Source: an uncultured Methanosarcinales archaeon (lineage in GTDB: Archaea; Nanobdellota; Nanobdellia; Woesearchaeales; CAYNLP01). Taken from it: 32,134 nucleotides of DNA. Both the position numbers and the translations under genes were made by a program. The stretch lies in the NCBI GenBank assembly GCA_964459935.1, contig CAYWOP010000001.1:1-32134 (forward strand), read 5' to 3'. The notes below the pieces were generated by a model. The model was not told the DNA's origin. It made no database searches and worked only from the letters and a program-made list of their open reading frames with translations. Of this stretch, positions 24,274 through 32,134 are shown piece after piece. The first letter of the stretch is position 1; every line of letters starts with the position of its first letter.

Positions 24274-27200
24274 GGCGGGTCGGCCTGGAAGACCACCGTC
24301 CCGTTGCACGTATTACCCCACTGCAACGAGGGTTCCAGGCTTGGTATGAAGAGTTGCCAGAACGTCGAGTTCTCATTCTGCTGCGTCGTCGCCAGTGATT
24401 CCACGGATAGACCGGAATCTTCATACGTACTTGAGAGGTTCTCCTTATCCGTGAAGGCCACGCCTGGCGTCAGCGCGTACCGCTCGTTCTCGATCGAGAT
24501 ATTGTTATTCGGACACTCCATCGCAAAGCCCGAACCGGACTGAGAGTCATTCCCTCCATAACCGAGCACAGACAGGTTGAAACGCGTGTTCCCGATATTA
24601 GTGACATTCACCTTCTGCTCCGCAGACGTCGCGTTTTGCTGCACTTCACCGTAATCGATGACGGATTCCGACACGTTCAACGCGAACAACGGATTGACCG
24701 TTACACCGTCCGTGTCGCTGTCCGTACTCTCGCCGTCTGTCGTCTCAGCCCTGCACGTCCATGTGTTATTCTCCGCGTAGTACGACACGCTCACGTTGCA
24801 GTGATACACCGCGGAGTCTCCAGCGGCTTGTTCTTGCGAGCAGGATTCGTTCGTGTAGTGGTTTGTATCGTCGTCGGGAGCGTCTGCGGAAACGCTATTG
24901 GAGAAGAATGTCGCGTTCACCAGGTTGATGTCACCGGCGCCTTCGCTGTCCTCAACGGACACGTTACAGAGTACCGTACGCCGGGTCCCGGCGTTCAGGT
25001 CGATCTCGTTGTCAGGAGAGCTGATATCATCGTCCACGGTCACTCCGGTCACGACCGGTTGTCCCTCCGCAATCCCCCCACCAGTGCTCCCGTTGAAGTA
25101 CGTGCAGAGCGGTTGGAACCCTGTCTTGAACTCCAACTGGGTGAAGTCGATGAACGATGTCTGTGCACCTCCGGTGTTCTTCGTCAGTTGGTACCGCAGG
25201 GAGACCTGGTTCGCCTCGGTCCTGTTCGTGATCTCATCTGACAGATCACACCGGTCCGTCACGTCAGTCCCGCTCGTATCCAGGTCGGCACAGGGTACCT
25301 CTTGGTATCCGGAGCCGTTGTACCATAATAGGGTGGGGCTATCTAGGTCAGCGTCCTCCGCGTGTTCCAACGTCCAGTTCACCTCCTGTATCTGAATACC
25401 CTCCGCGAAGCTGTTCGTGTAGTTGATCTCCCAGTAAAATACTTGTCCGTTTCCGCCGGACGCGGTGATCGTATCATCAACATCATCCGATACGTTGATC
25501 GCGGAGAGGTCTACACTGCTCCCATCGGTGGATTTCTTTCCCCTGCTTGGTGACGTGTTCGATCGGGTCGTGTTGATCTCGGAGATGTTGAAGACGGCGG
25601 TGTCGTTCAACTGGGAGTTCGTGTTATCGGTAGCGTTGACCGTGTAGATACCGTTGCACGTGTCCGTCGTGTTCCAGAACGTAGCGAAATCACCGGTGTT
25701 GTTCGTGGAAACGTTCTCTGGGAAGCTCGGCCCGATATCACCCGTGTCGTTATCGTAGATCGCGTACTCCACCGTGTCGGAGCGGGTGAAGTTGAGTCCC
25801 GAGATGTTCACGTCCTCGTTCCTTGCGTAGAGGAACTTTTCCGTCAACACAGTTGCGTTCCGCTCCGTGATATTGAAGGAAGCGGTCGCGTTGAGCCGTG
25901 GATAGGTCTGATCGGTCGCGGTCACGTTCGTCCTGCCGAGCGGCGCTGCGTAGGAGAGGTTGCGCACCGTCGTGAACGCACCGTTCGAGTCAGTCTCAGT
26001 TGTGAACTTGTCGGTCGTGTCGTCGCTGAAGGTGAACAGTACCTCTACGGTGGAGTTGGGGCTGTAGTCCGTCCCGGAGACGGTGACGGCTGCTCCCTGC
26101 GGATACCTTTCTTTATCGGTGGAGACTGTGGTCGGGGGTAGTTCGACCGTGAACGAGGCGGTGTCGTTCTTTGAAGCGTCGCTGGTCTGGTACGTGATGA
26201 GGTTGTACGTGCCTGTGGGATCGCTGTAGTTGAGCAAAAGCGTATCATTGGCAACGCCGTTCGGGTCCGTCGTTTCGGTGTTCACTGTGGTAGTGCCGTC
26301 GCTGTACGTGTAGTTGAACGTGAGTTCCGTGGACGCGTCAAAGTTCTCAGCCGTCGCAGATACCGCATCGCCGAGTTCATACGTGTTCGCATCGGTGGTG
26401 ACGATAGGGTCTGACACGTTTATGGTGATGTTCCTACGCACGCTCGCGTTTTCAAACCCATTCGAGTCTGTACAATTCCCACCCCATGTATGGTTGCCAT
26501 TGGTCAGTGACGTGGTGAACTCGAGCGTGGTATCCTCCGCAGGGCTTGTGTTCGTCGCGCGGGGGGAGTCGTCGATGATGAGCTCGCACGAGTCAAGTCC
26601 GGTTTGTGCGTCGCTCGCGTTGAAGCTGAACGTGACGTCGCTGGTCTGCGACACGGTGTCGTTCGCTGGTTGTTCCAGGTTGATAGCGGGCGGTTTCGTG
26701 TCGATCGTGATATTATATGTTGAACTGTTTCCTTGATTACTGTTCCCGTCGAGGCAGGTAACCTGCCACGTGTGCGGACCGTCCGGTATATCGGAGAGGT
26801 TGAACTCGTTCTGCGTCCCGTTCACCGGGTCGTTGTCCGTCGCGTTCTCCTGGTCGTCGAAGCGCAGCGTGCACGACGAGAGGTTCCTGTTATCTTCCGG
26901 TGTGTAGGTGAACGTGACGTTGCCGTCGAGGTCGAACGTGTCGTTCGCCGGGCTGTCGAGGGTGACGTTCGGCGGTGTCTGGTCCGGTAACTGGTAGGTC
27001 ACGTTGTACCTGAGCACGTCCCACGATATCGTGGCCGGACCGCCCTGTTGCGTGGATTTTGACACTTCGGACTTGATCTTGGCGCGCGTTCCGGACGAGC
27101 CGAAGAAGTTCCCGCACGTCCAGTTCTCAGTGGACGTTACCTCGGTGCAGGTCACGCCGGGTTCCGTCGTGGTTCCCGGACAGGAAGCCGTGACCGCGTT

Positions 27201-27605
27201 CCATGTCCCGTCCCCGTCGTTGTCCACGCTGATATCACAGTCGTCCGTATCTGCCGAGTCAGCCCACCACTCATAGCAGACATACACTCTTTGCACGGAG
27301 GTGCAGTTCGCTATCGAACTGTTGTAATCCGTGGTACGGACGCCCGCGTAGCCGTTCTGATCGGCGTCCCACGTTTCCTCTCCGCCGTCGTCACACCGAA
27401 GCAAATCGTTTCCCGTGCCCGATCCACACGCCGCGGGGTATGTCCCATCGCAGGCACTCCCGAACGAGCCTTTCGTCGCCCTGTCTTCGGCACTGCATGC
27501 TTGGATGCCGACGCGCTCCACGGTTGTATTCGCCGCGATCACGAGGATCACAGCTACGGATAGGACGAAGGCTAGCAGTATCCTTACCGGGTCGATCCGC
27601 CTCAT
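24270..27605 (-). CDS. Giant secreted or N-terminally anchored surface protein (1111 aa) with Cys-rich, Ig-like and beta-sandwich repeats and a C-terminal C-family module
   Basis: N-terminal MRRIDPVRILLAFVLSVAVILVIAA. Two Ig-like modules with paired Cys (VTLDSPANDT...SCTLRFDD...WQVTCLDGNSN; INLEQPANDT...SCELIIDD...WGGNCTDSNGF). The last 264 aa (24270-25064) align with C1/C2: DINLVNATFF, NHYTNESC, YHCNVSVSYYAENNTW, ALNVSESVIDYGEV, NVTNIGNTRFNLSVLGYGG, GFAMEC, CNGTVVFQADPP. Confidence 0.9.
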   Translation of the reverse strand: MRRIDPVRILLAFVLSVAVILVIAANTTVERVGIQACSAEDRATKGSFGSACDGTYPAACGSGTGNDLLRCDDGGEETWDADQNGYAGVRTTDYNSSIANCTSVQRVYVCYEWWADSADTDDCDISVDNDGDGTWNAVTASCPGTTTEPGVTCTEVTSTENWTCGNFFGSSGTRAKIKSEVSKSTQQGGPATISWDVLRYNVTYQLPDQTPPNVTLDSPANDTFDLDGNVTFTYTPEDNRNLSSCTLRFDDQENATDNDPVNGTQNEFNLSDIPDGPHTWQVTCLDGNSNQGNSSTYNITIDTKPPAINLEQPANDTVSQTSDVTFSFNASDAQTGLDSCELIIDDSPRATNTSPAEDTTLEFTTSLTNGNHTWGGNCTDSNGFENASVRRNITINVSDPIVTTDANTYELGDAVSATAENFDASTELTFNYTYSDGTTTVNTETTDPNGVANDTLLLNYSDPTGTYNLITYQTSDASKNDTASFTVELPPTTVSTDKERYPQGAAVTVSGTDYSPNSTVEVLFTFSDDTTDKFTTETDSNGAFTTVRNLSYAAPLGRTNVTATDQTYPRLNATASFNITERNATVLTEKFLYARNEDVNISGLNFTRSDTVEYAIYDNDTGDIGPSFPENVSTNNTGDFATFWNTTDTCNGIYTVNATDNTNSQLNDTAVFNISEINTTRSNTSPSRGKKSTDGSSVDLSAINVSDDVDDTITASGGNGQVFYWEINYTNSFAEGIQIQEVNWTLEHAEDADLDSPTLLWYNGSGYQEVPCADLDTSGTDVTDRCDLSDEITNRTEANQVSLRYQLTKNTGGAQTSFIDFTQLEFKTGFQPLCTYFNGSTGGGIAEGQPVVTGVTVDDDISSPDNEIDLNAGTRRTVLCNVSVEDSEGAGDINLVNATFFSNSVSADAPDDDTNHYTNESCSQEQAAGDSAVYHCNVSVSYYAENNTWTCRAETTDGESTDSDTDGVTVNPLFALNVSESVIDYGEVQQNATSAEQKVNVTNIGNTRFNLSVLGYGGNDSQSGSGFAMECPNNNISIENERYALTPGVAFTDKENLSSTYEDSGLSVESLATTQQNENSTFWQLFIPSLEPSLQWGNTCNGTVVFQADPP

Positions 27606-30600
27606 CGTAGTTCGTAGTAGAACGTGACTTGGTCTTCGCTGTCGCTGTTCAACGTCGCTAGGGGGCGTGGGAACTTGACCTCGTAGTCGTAGACGCCGTA
27701 CTGCCCCTGCGTCTCCTGGTTGATCTTCGTGATGAACGCGAGGTCTTGCGTTCCGTTATACTGAGAGTTCCCGTCGCTCGTGTCCCAGAGGATGCCGGTC
27801 TGGAAGGACGAGGTATTCGTACTGTTGATGACCGGTACGTTCTCCACCGGCTCGCCGAAGACCCGGAACGTTCTCGTGTCCTTGGGCGTGCCCGAGTCGG
27901 TCCACGTGACCGTCAGATTATCTTGGTGGTCAGTCATGTTCAACGCCCCGTCCGCCTCCTGGAAGTCCGTAGTCGCGGTGTCATTCGTCGTGTTCCTGGT
28001 CAGCGCTTGGACCTGGGTGAAATCGACGTCGCGGTCGCTCTCCGTTACTACTATATTTCCTGTGGTGTTGCGGGTCAAGGTGAAGTTGATGAGCGTGTCC
28101 GTTTCGTTGTTCCCTAAGGTCCACCGCCCACTGAGGTTGCCGTAGTTCACCTGGTAGCTCGGCACGTCGAACGTCGTGTTCGCTTCGTTATTATCTTCTC
28201 GGGTCTCGTTGACCGTTCCGTTGGTCGAGAACGGCGTGTCGGCCCTCACAAAAACATTGCGCGGTCCGGGTCCGGGGACGGTCCACGAGACGTTCACGCT
28301 CCTGTTCTCTCCAACGTTCAGTCTGTCGATCGTTTGTGCCGTATCGATCTGTGTCCCGCCCGTGTCGGGGTCGCCCTCGTAGAACTCCACGGTGAACGAT
28401 GTGGTCGCGTTCACGTTGCCCTGGTTCGTCACCAGGCTTGAGACGTTGATCGTCTCGCCCTCGCTCGCGTCGGACTCGTTCACGCTGAAATTGATGAAAC
28501 TCCGGTTGACGAAGAGGTCCGGGTTGGTGATGTTCACGGTGAAGTTCGCATCGGCGAACGCACTGTTGTTCGCCACGTCCGTGCATTCAACGTTCCACCG
28601 GTATGTGCCCTGGCCGAGGTCTGCGGTGAAGTTGTTCGTCTGGTCGTTGTCCGGGTTTGTGTCGTTCTGTGTGGCTTGGAACACGCTGTTGTTATCCCGG
28701 TAGAACGTGCAGTAGTCCAGGTTCGCATCACTGGGCGTGTACTCGAACGTGACCTGTCCTACGGGTTTGAACGCGCCGTCAGCTGGTGATTCGAGCGTGA
28801 CCAACGGATCCGTCGTGTCCTCTTCGTACGTGACGGTGGCGCCGAAGAAGTCCGTGCCGTAGTTGATGCTGTTCGCCGTGCCGGTGTAGCGGAACCGTGA
28901 TCGCATCTGGAGTTCATCGTTGAAAGCACTGCGGTTGGGCAGGCCGTTCCCCGATTCAGTAAAGTTACATTTGACCGTGTCCGGTGCTGTGGTGCTGGAC
29001 TGGGTGAACGTCTGACTGCAGGCTTCGAGCCAGTTCCCGCTGGACTCGTTCAACCACTGGATGCTGAGGAATCCTTCGTTCGTGTCCTGGTACTTCACGT
29101 GCGTGACGTTCGCTGAGAGGATAGTCGAACCTGGTGGTATGGAGGTGTTTGTCATGTTGAAGTACACGTCGTTGTAGTCTTGGTTCTTGTCGAATCTGCC
29201 GTGCTCTTCATAGTTTCCATCGCTCTCGTTCACGTTCCCTGCTGTACAGTCGCCTTGGGGGTCGCTGCACTGGAATGGGACTATATTTGGTGTGAACCGG
29301 GTGATGTTCACCGTGATGTTCCTGGTCTCCGACGCTCCGGTGTTCCCGGCCGGGTCGGTACAGTTCACCCGCCACGTGTACTCCCCGTCGTCTACGCCGT
29401 TGAGTGAGAACCCTTGGTCTGTGTCCTTTGTGATCGTATCGTCGGTTTGGTTTTCCTGCCCGTCGAAGATGAGCGCGCACCGGTCGATGTCGCTCGTGTC
29501 GCTCACGTTATACGTGAAGCTGAGATCGCCGTCCGTGTCCGTGGTGTCGTTCGCCGGGCTTATGGCTGTCACGTTGGGCGTGACCGTATCATTCACAAAG
29601 ATAGTATGTGTTTCGTACGTGGAGGTGAAGTTCTGGTTCCCGCTGTAGGTGAAGTTCACCGTCACGTTGCCGGGAGCGTCAATGGAGAGGTTCGCCTGGA
29701 CCGGTGAAGTTTCATTTGTAAGGAGTGTTCCGTCGCGGTACAGGCTCGCGTTGCCCGTGCCCCTGAGGAGGTACCCGGTGGCGTTGACGATGGTGCTCTC
29801 GTTCACCGTTATATTACCGTCGGTCCCGTTGAGTGTGAGGTTGACCGACGCGCTCGCTTTGTCGATGGTGTAGGTCTGCAGCGGTGTCCTGTTCTCGTTG
29901 TTCTGTGTATCGTTCGCGATCGACCGCCAGCTGTAGTTCCCCGCGGCGAGTCCGGAGTCGTTGTAAAAGTAGACGGAACCGTCGTTGCCCGTTGCGGTGT
30001 CGTTCCGGAACGTGCCGGTGAAGTTGTGTTCGAACAGGACCGTGTCCACTTCCCCATTATCCGTCCACGTCGTGTTGAACTGGTAGGTCCGAGTGGCGTT
30101 GTACGTGGCGGGGCTTTGCGGAGCTGCTGTTATATTATCATACACGGGGGGTGTTGAGTCGATCTTCGTGGTGAAGTTGTACTCTTGCGAGGTGTTCGTG
30201 TTCCCCGCGGCGTCGGTGCTGTTGACCTTGTAATAGTAGGTCGTGTTGGGTTCCAGACCGGTGAGTAGGATGCTGTGGTTCTTGACCAGTGTTCCATCGG
30301 TCACGCTCTCGGTGTACGTTCCGGGACTGGTGCCGTACCGTACGCCGCTGTCCGCGTCCTCGTCCGTTTTCCACGTGATGCTGGCGGAGCTGTCCTCGAC
30401 GTTGTCCGCGGAGATATTACTGAGTGCGGGCGGTGTTGTATCCGTGGTGGTATCCGTCTTTGCCGTGTCGTTGACTTCCGTGTCATTTACATTGCCCTGG
30501 TCGTCGGCGGTCAGCACGGTCAGTGTGTAGTTCGTATCGCTGGACAGGCTGGTCACGTTGTAATAGTCTTGCGTGGTGTTCGTCAAAAAGTTTCCATCGA

Positions 30601-32134
30601 GGTAGAGTTCGGAGTGGTTGAAATCATCATCTGAAGGATTGGTCCAGTTCCACAGGATCCAGGATGTACCTGTTTTGGACTCGTTGAGGTCCGAAACGGT
30701 CGCTGGTGGGATGGTATCGTTGACGTACACGTACAGCGTTTCGTTCGAACCGGTGTAGTTCTCGTTTCCCGTGAAGTTCGCGGTGACGGGTTGGTACCCG
30801 TACGTGTCGAAGCGGGTGATGTTCGTCACCGGGGCTGGGCCTTCCTCCAGGAACGTCCCGTTCTTGTACAGTGAAATATTTCCAGAACCGGTCTCGAACG
30901 TTCCCGTGATATTGACCGTGCCGTTGTTATTGACGGTGAAGTTGCTACTGGACCCGTTGAGGAGCAGAGTTACATTAGACGCTGCTTTGTTCACTTCTAA
31001 CGTCGTGAACGTACTGCTGTTCTGGTTCCCGCTCGTATCGTTCGCGTTGCTCCGCCACTGATACGTGCCTGCGGCGATGCCGGTATAGTTGTAGAAGTTC
31101 ACGGCGCTGTCGTTGCCCGTGGCGGTGAAGTTCTGGAACGTGCCTGTGAAGTTGTGTTCGAACAGGACCGTGTCCACCTGTTCGTTGTCCGTCCAGGTCG
31201 TGTTGAACTGATAGGTGCGGTCCGTTTCGTACGTTACCGGACTACTGGGAGATTGGCTGATGTTGTCCCACGCCGGCGCTTCGGTATCTTGCACGGAGAA
31301 GTTGATGATGGTGTACGCGTAGTCGATTGCCGCGCTTGCGGGTCGTGCTCCGTCGTCCGTGCTGATCTCCACGCTGAAGTCGTCGTAGAGCGCGTTATCC
31401 GGCGAGGTACTGTCGAAGTGCGATGTGCAGTTGTACGAGAGTGTATCGGTGGTGACCGGGGCGGTCTTGCTGAACGTTGGCCCGCCATACGTAAGGGTGC
31501 TCCAGTTCCCATACTGCACGGTCCACGTGTTCCCATCGTCGTCGAAGCCGCGTACGTAGAACGTGCACTGCTGCACGTCCTCGATGAGTTCCGACTCGTT
31601 CTCGAAACTGATATCCAACGGCTCCGTCTGTTTGTTGAACTCTTTATCCGTTCCGCCGCTGCTGTTGATCGCGTCCACCTCTGCATCGCTGCAGAACGTG
31701 CCGTCGAACGGTTCGTAGCAGTCGTCGGCGTCGTGAGTGCTCTCCGCGAAGATCGGGTCCTCCGGGGTGAGCGTGAAGTTGTACGTCTCTCCCGGTGTGA
31801 TATCTTTCAACTTCGTCCACGCACCGGTGCAGGTGCGTCGTGTATAGTTATAGGATTTGCACGTCCACAGCTCTGTACCGGTGGCTGTCGCTCTCACCGT
31901 CGCGTTCGTGAAGCCAAGGTTGGTCGGGTCGAGCGCGTAGGCCTGCAGCCATCGCTTCGGCCCGGGCCGGTCTGGTGAGACGTCCTCGTAGCGCAGGTCT
32001 ACGCTGTTGTTCCGCACCTCGAGACCGTGGAACGTGATATCGTCGACGTTCCGCTGCACGTCCACGTGCACGTCGTACTTTCCCTCCTGGAACTCGCCCG
32101 TAGTGGGATGACCGGTGTCGCTCCGTGTGACTGA
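27602..32134 (-). CDS. Giant surface protein (>1510 aa, 5' end beyond the window) with FN3, CARDB and Ig-like repeats and a C-terminal A/B-like module
   Basis: The frame stays open from 32071 to the window edge, so the GTG-derived M in the ORF track is probably not the true start. Two FN3 domains (TSWILWNWTNPSDDDF...; ASITWKTDEDADSGVRYGTSPGTY...NTTYYYKVNSTDAAGN). CARDB domain (GETINVSSLVTNQGNVNATTSFTVEFYEGD...NVGENRSVNVSW). Paired-Cys Ig modules. The stop overlaps the ATG of the 1111-aa gene (ATGA). The last 184 aa (27602-28156) carry YGNLSGRWTLGN...YDYEV...VTFYYELR. Confidence 0.9.
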   Translation of the reverse strand, partial: SVTRSDTGHPTTGEFQEGKYDVHVDVQRNVDDITFHGLEVRNNSVDLRYEDVSPDRPGPKRWLQAYALDPTNLGFTNATVRATATGTELWTCKSYNYTRRTCTGAWTKLKDITPGETYNFTLTPEDPIFAESTHDADDCYEPFDGTFCSDAEVDAINSSGGTDKEFNKQTEPLDISFENESELIEDVQQCTFYVRGFDDDGNTWTVQYGNWSTLTYGGPTFSKTAPVTTDTLSYNCTSHFDSTSPDNALYDDFSVEISTDDGARPASAAIDYAYTIINFSVQDTEAPAWDNISQSPSSPVTYETDRTYQFNTTWTDNEQVDTVLFEHNFTGTFQNFTATGNDSAVNFYNYTGIAAGTYQWRSNANDTSGNQNSSTFTTLEVNKAASNVTLLLNGSSSNFTVNNNGTVNITGTFETGSGNISLYKNGTFLEEGPAPVTNITRFDTYGYQPVTANFTGNENYTGSNETLYVYVNDTIPPATVSDLNESKTGTSWILWNWTNPSDDDFNHSELYLDGNFLTNTTQDYYNVTSLSSDTNYTLTVLTADDQGNVNDTEVNDTAKTDTTTDTTPPALSNISADNVEDSSASITWKTDEDADSGVRYGTSPGTYTESVTDGTLVKNHSILLTGLEPNTTYYYKVNSTDAAGNTNTSQEYNFTTKIDSTPPVYDNITAAPQSPATYNATRTYQFNTTWTDNGEVDTVLFEHNFTGTFRNDTATGNDGSVYFYNDSGLAAGNYSWRSIANDTQNNENRTPLQTYTIDKASASVNLTLNGTDGNITVNESTIVNATGYLLRGTGNASLYRDGTLLTNETSPVQANLSIDAPGNVTVNFTYSGNQNFTSTYETHTIFVNDTVTPNVTAISPANDTTDTDGDLSFTYNVSDTSDIDRCALIFDGQENQTDDTITKDTDQGFSLNGVDDGEYTWRVNCTDPAGNTGASETRNITVNITRFTPNIVPFQCSDPQGDCTAGNVNESDGNYEEHGRFDKNQDYNDVYFNMTNTSIPPGSTILSANVTHVKYQDTNEGFLSIQWLNESSGNWLEACSQTFTQSSTTAPDTVKCNFTESGNGLPNRSAFNDELQMRSRFRYTGTANSINYGTDFFGATVTYEEDTTDPLVTLESPADGAFKPVGQVTFEYTPSDANLDYCTFYRDNNSVFQATQNDTNPDNDQTNNFTADLGQGTYRWNVECTDVANNSAFADANFTVNITNPDLFVNRSFINFSVNESDASEGETINVSSLVTNQGNVNATTSFTVEFYEGDPDTGGTQIDTAQTIDRLNVGENRSVNVSWTVPGPGPRNVFVRADTPFSTNGTVNETREDNNEANTTFDVPSYQVNYGNLSGRWTLGNNETDTLINFTLTRNTTGNIVVTESDRDVDFTQVQALTRNTTNDTATTDFQEADGALNMTDHQDNLTVTWTDSGTPKDTRTFRVFGEPVENVPVINSTNTSSFQTGILWDTSDGNSQYNGTQDLAFITKINQETQGQYGVYDYEVKFPRPLATLNSDSEDQVTFYYELR
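29585..30151 (-). repeat. Internal duplicated ~190-aa module, copy 2, of the giant ORF
   Basis: PPVYDNITAAPQSPATYNATRTYQFNTTWTDNGEVDTVLFEHNFTGTF...TIFVNDT. It is offset from copy 1 by exactly 1128 nt (376 codons), with the two FN3 domains in between. Confidence 0.85.
30713..31279 (-). repeat. Internal duplicated ~190-aa module, copy 1, of the giant ORF
   Basis: APAWDNISQSPSSPVTYETDRTYQFNTTWTDNEQVDTVLFEHNFTGTF...YVYVNDT. The 30-nt stretch gaagttgtgttcgaacaggaccgtgtccac at 31148-31177 is identical to 30020-30049. Confidence 0.85.

Overview
This is an archaeal chromosomal window. Evidence: ribosomal protein eS1/S3Ae, a Dph2 fragment, TATA-box promoters about 25-30 bp upstream of many start codons, and very acidic proteins suggesting a halophile. 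A nanohaloarchaeon/DPANN-like origin is only a guess. The left ~7 kb is mostly housekeeping: a glycosyltransferase 3' end, gyrB, a LysM-alpha/beta-hydrolase, a 970-aa coiled-coil membrane protein with putative cell-wall-hydrolase domains, rps3ae, and a dph2 gene truncated after ~100 codons. From 7156 to the window end everything is cell-surface related. A minus-strand block encodes large membrane-anchored Ig/FN3/CARDB/Cys-rich proteins headed by tiny RHH and AbrB-like regulators. A plus-strand block (16054-24185) encodes eight paralogous, sequon-rich secreted proteins of two families I cannot match to any family I recognise by eye. I label them A/B type (6 copies) and C type (2 copies). They are arranged as a duplicated A-B-C operon plus two orphan units, each preceded by a strongly AT-rich spacer carrying TAATTAGATA-like motifs, and two units are led by HTH regulators. 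Two overlapping giant minus-strand ORFs (1111 aa and >1510 aa, the latter running off the window) end in a C-type module and an A/B-type module respectively. I read this as a candidate undescribed modular surface filament/adhesion system whose giant adhesins share docking modules with the small subunits. No rRNA, tRNA, CRISPR array, transposase or integrase was seen.
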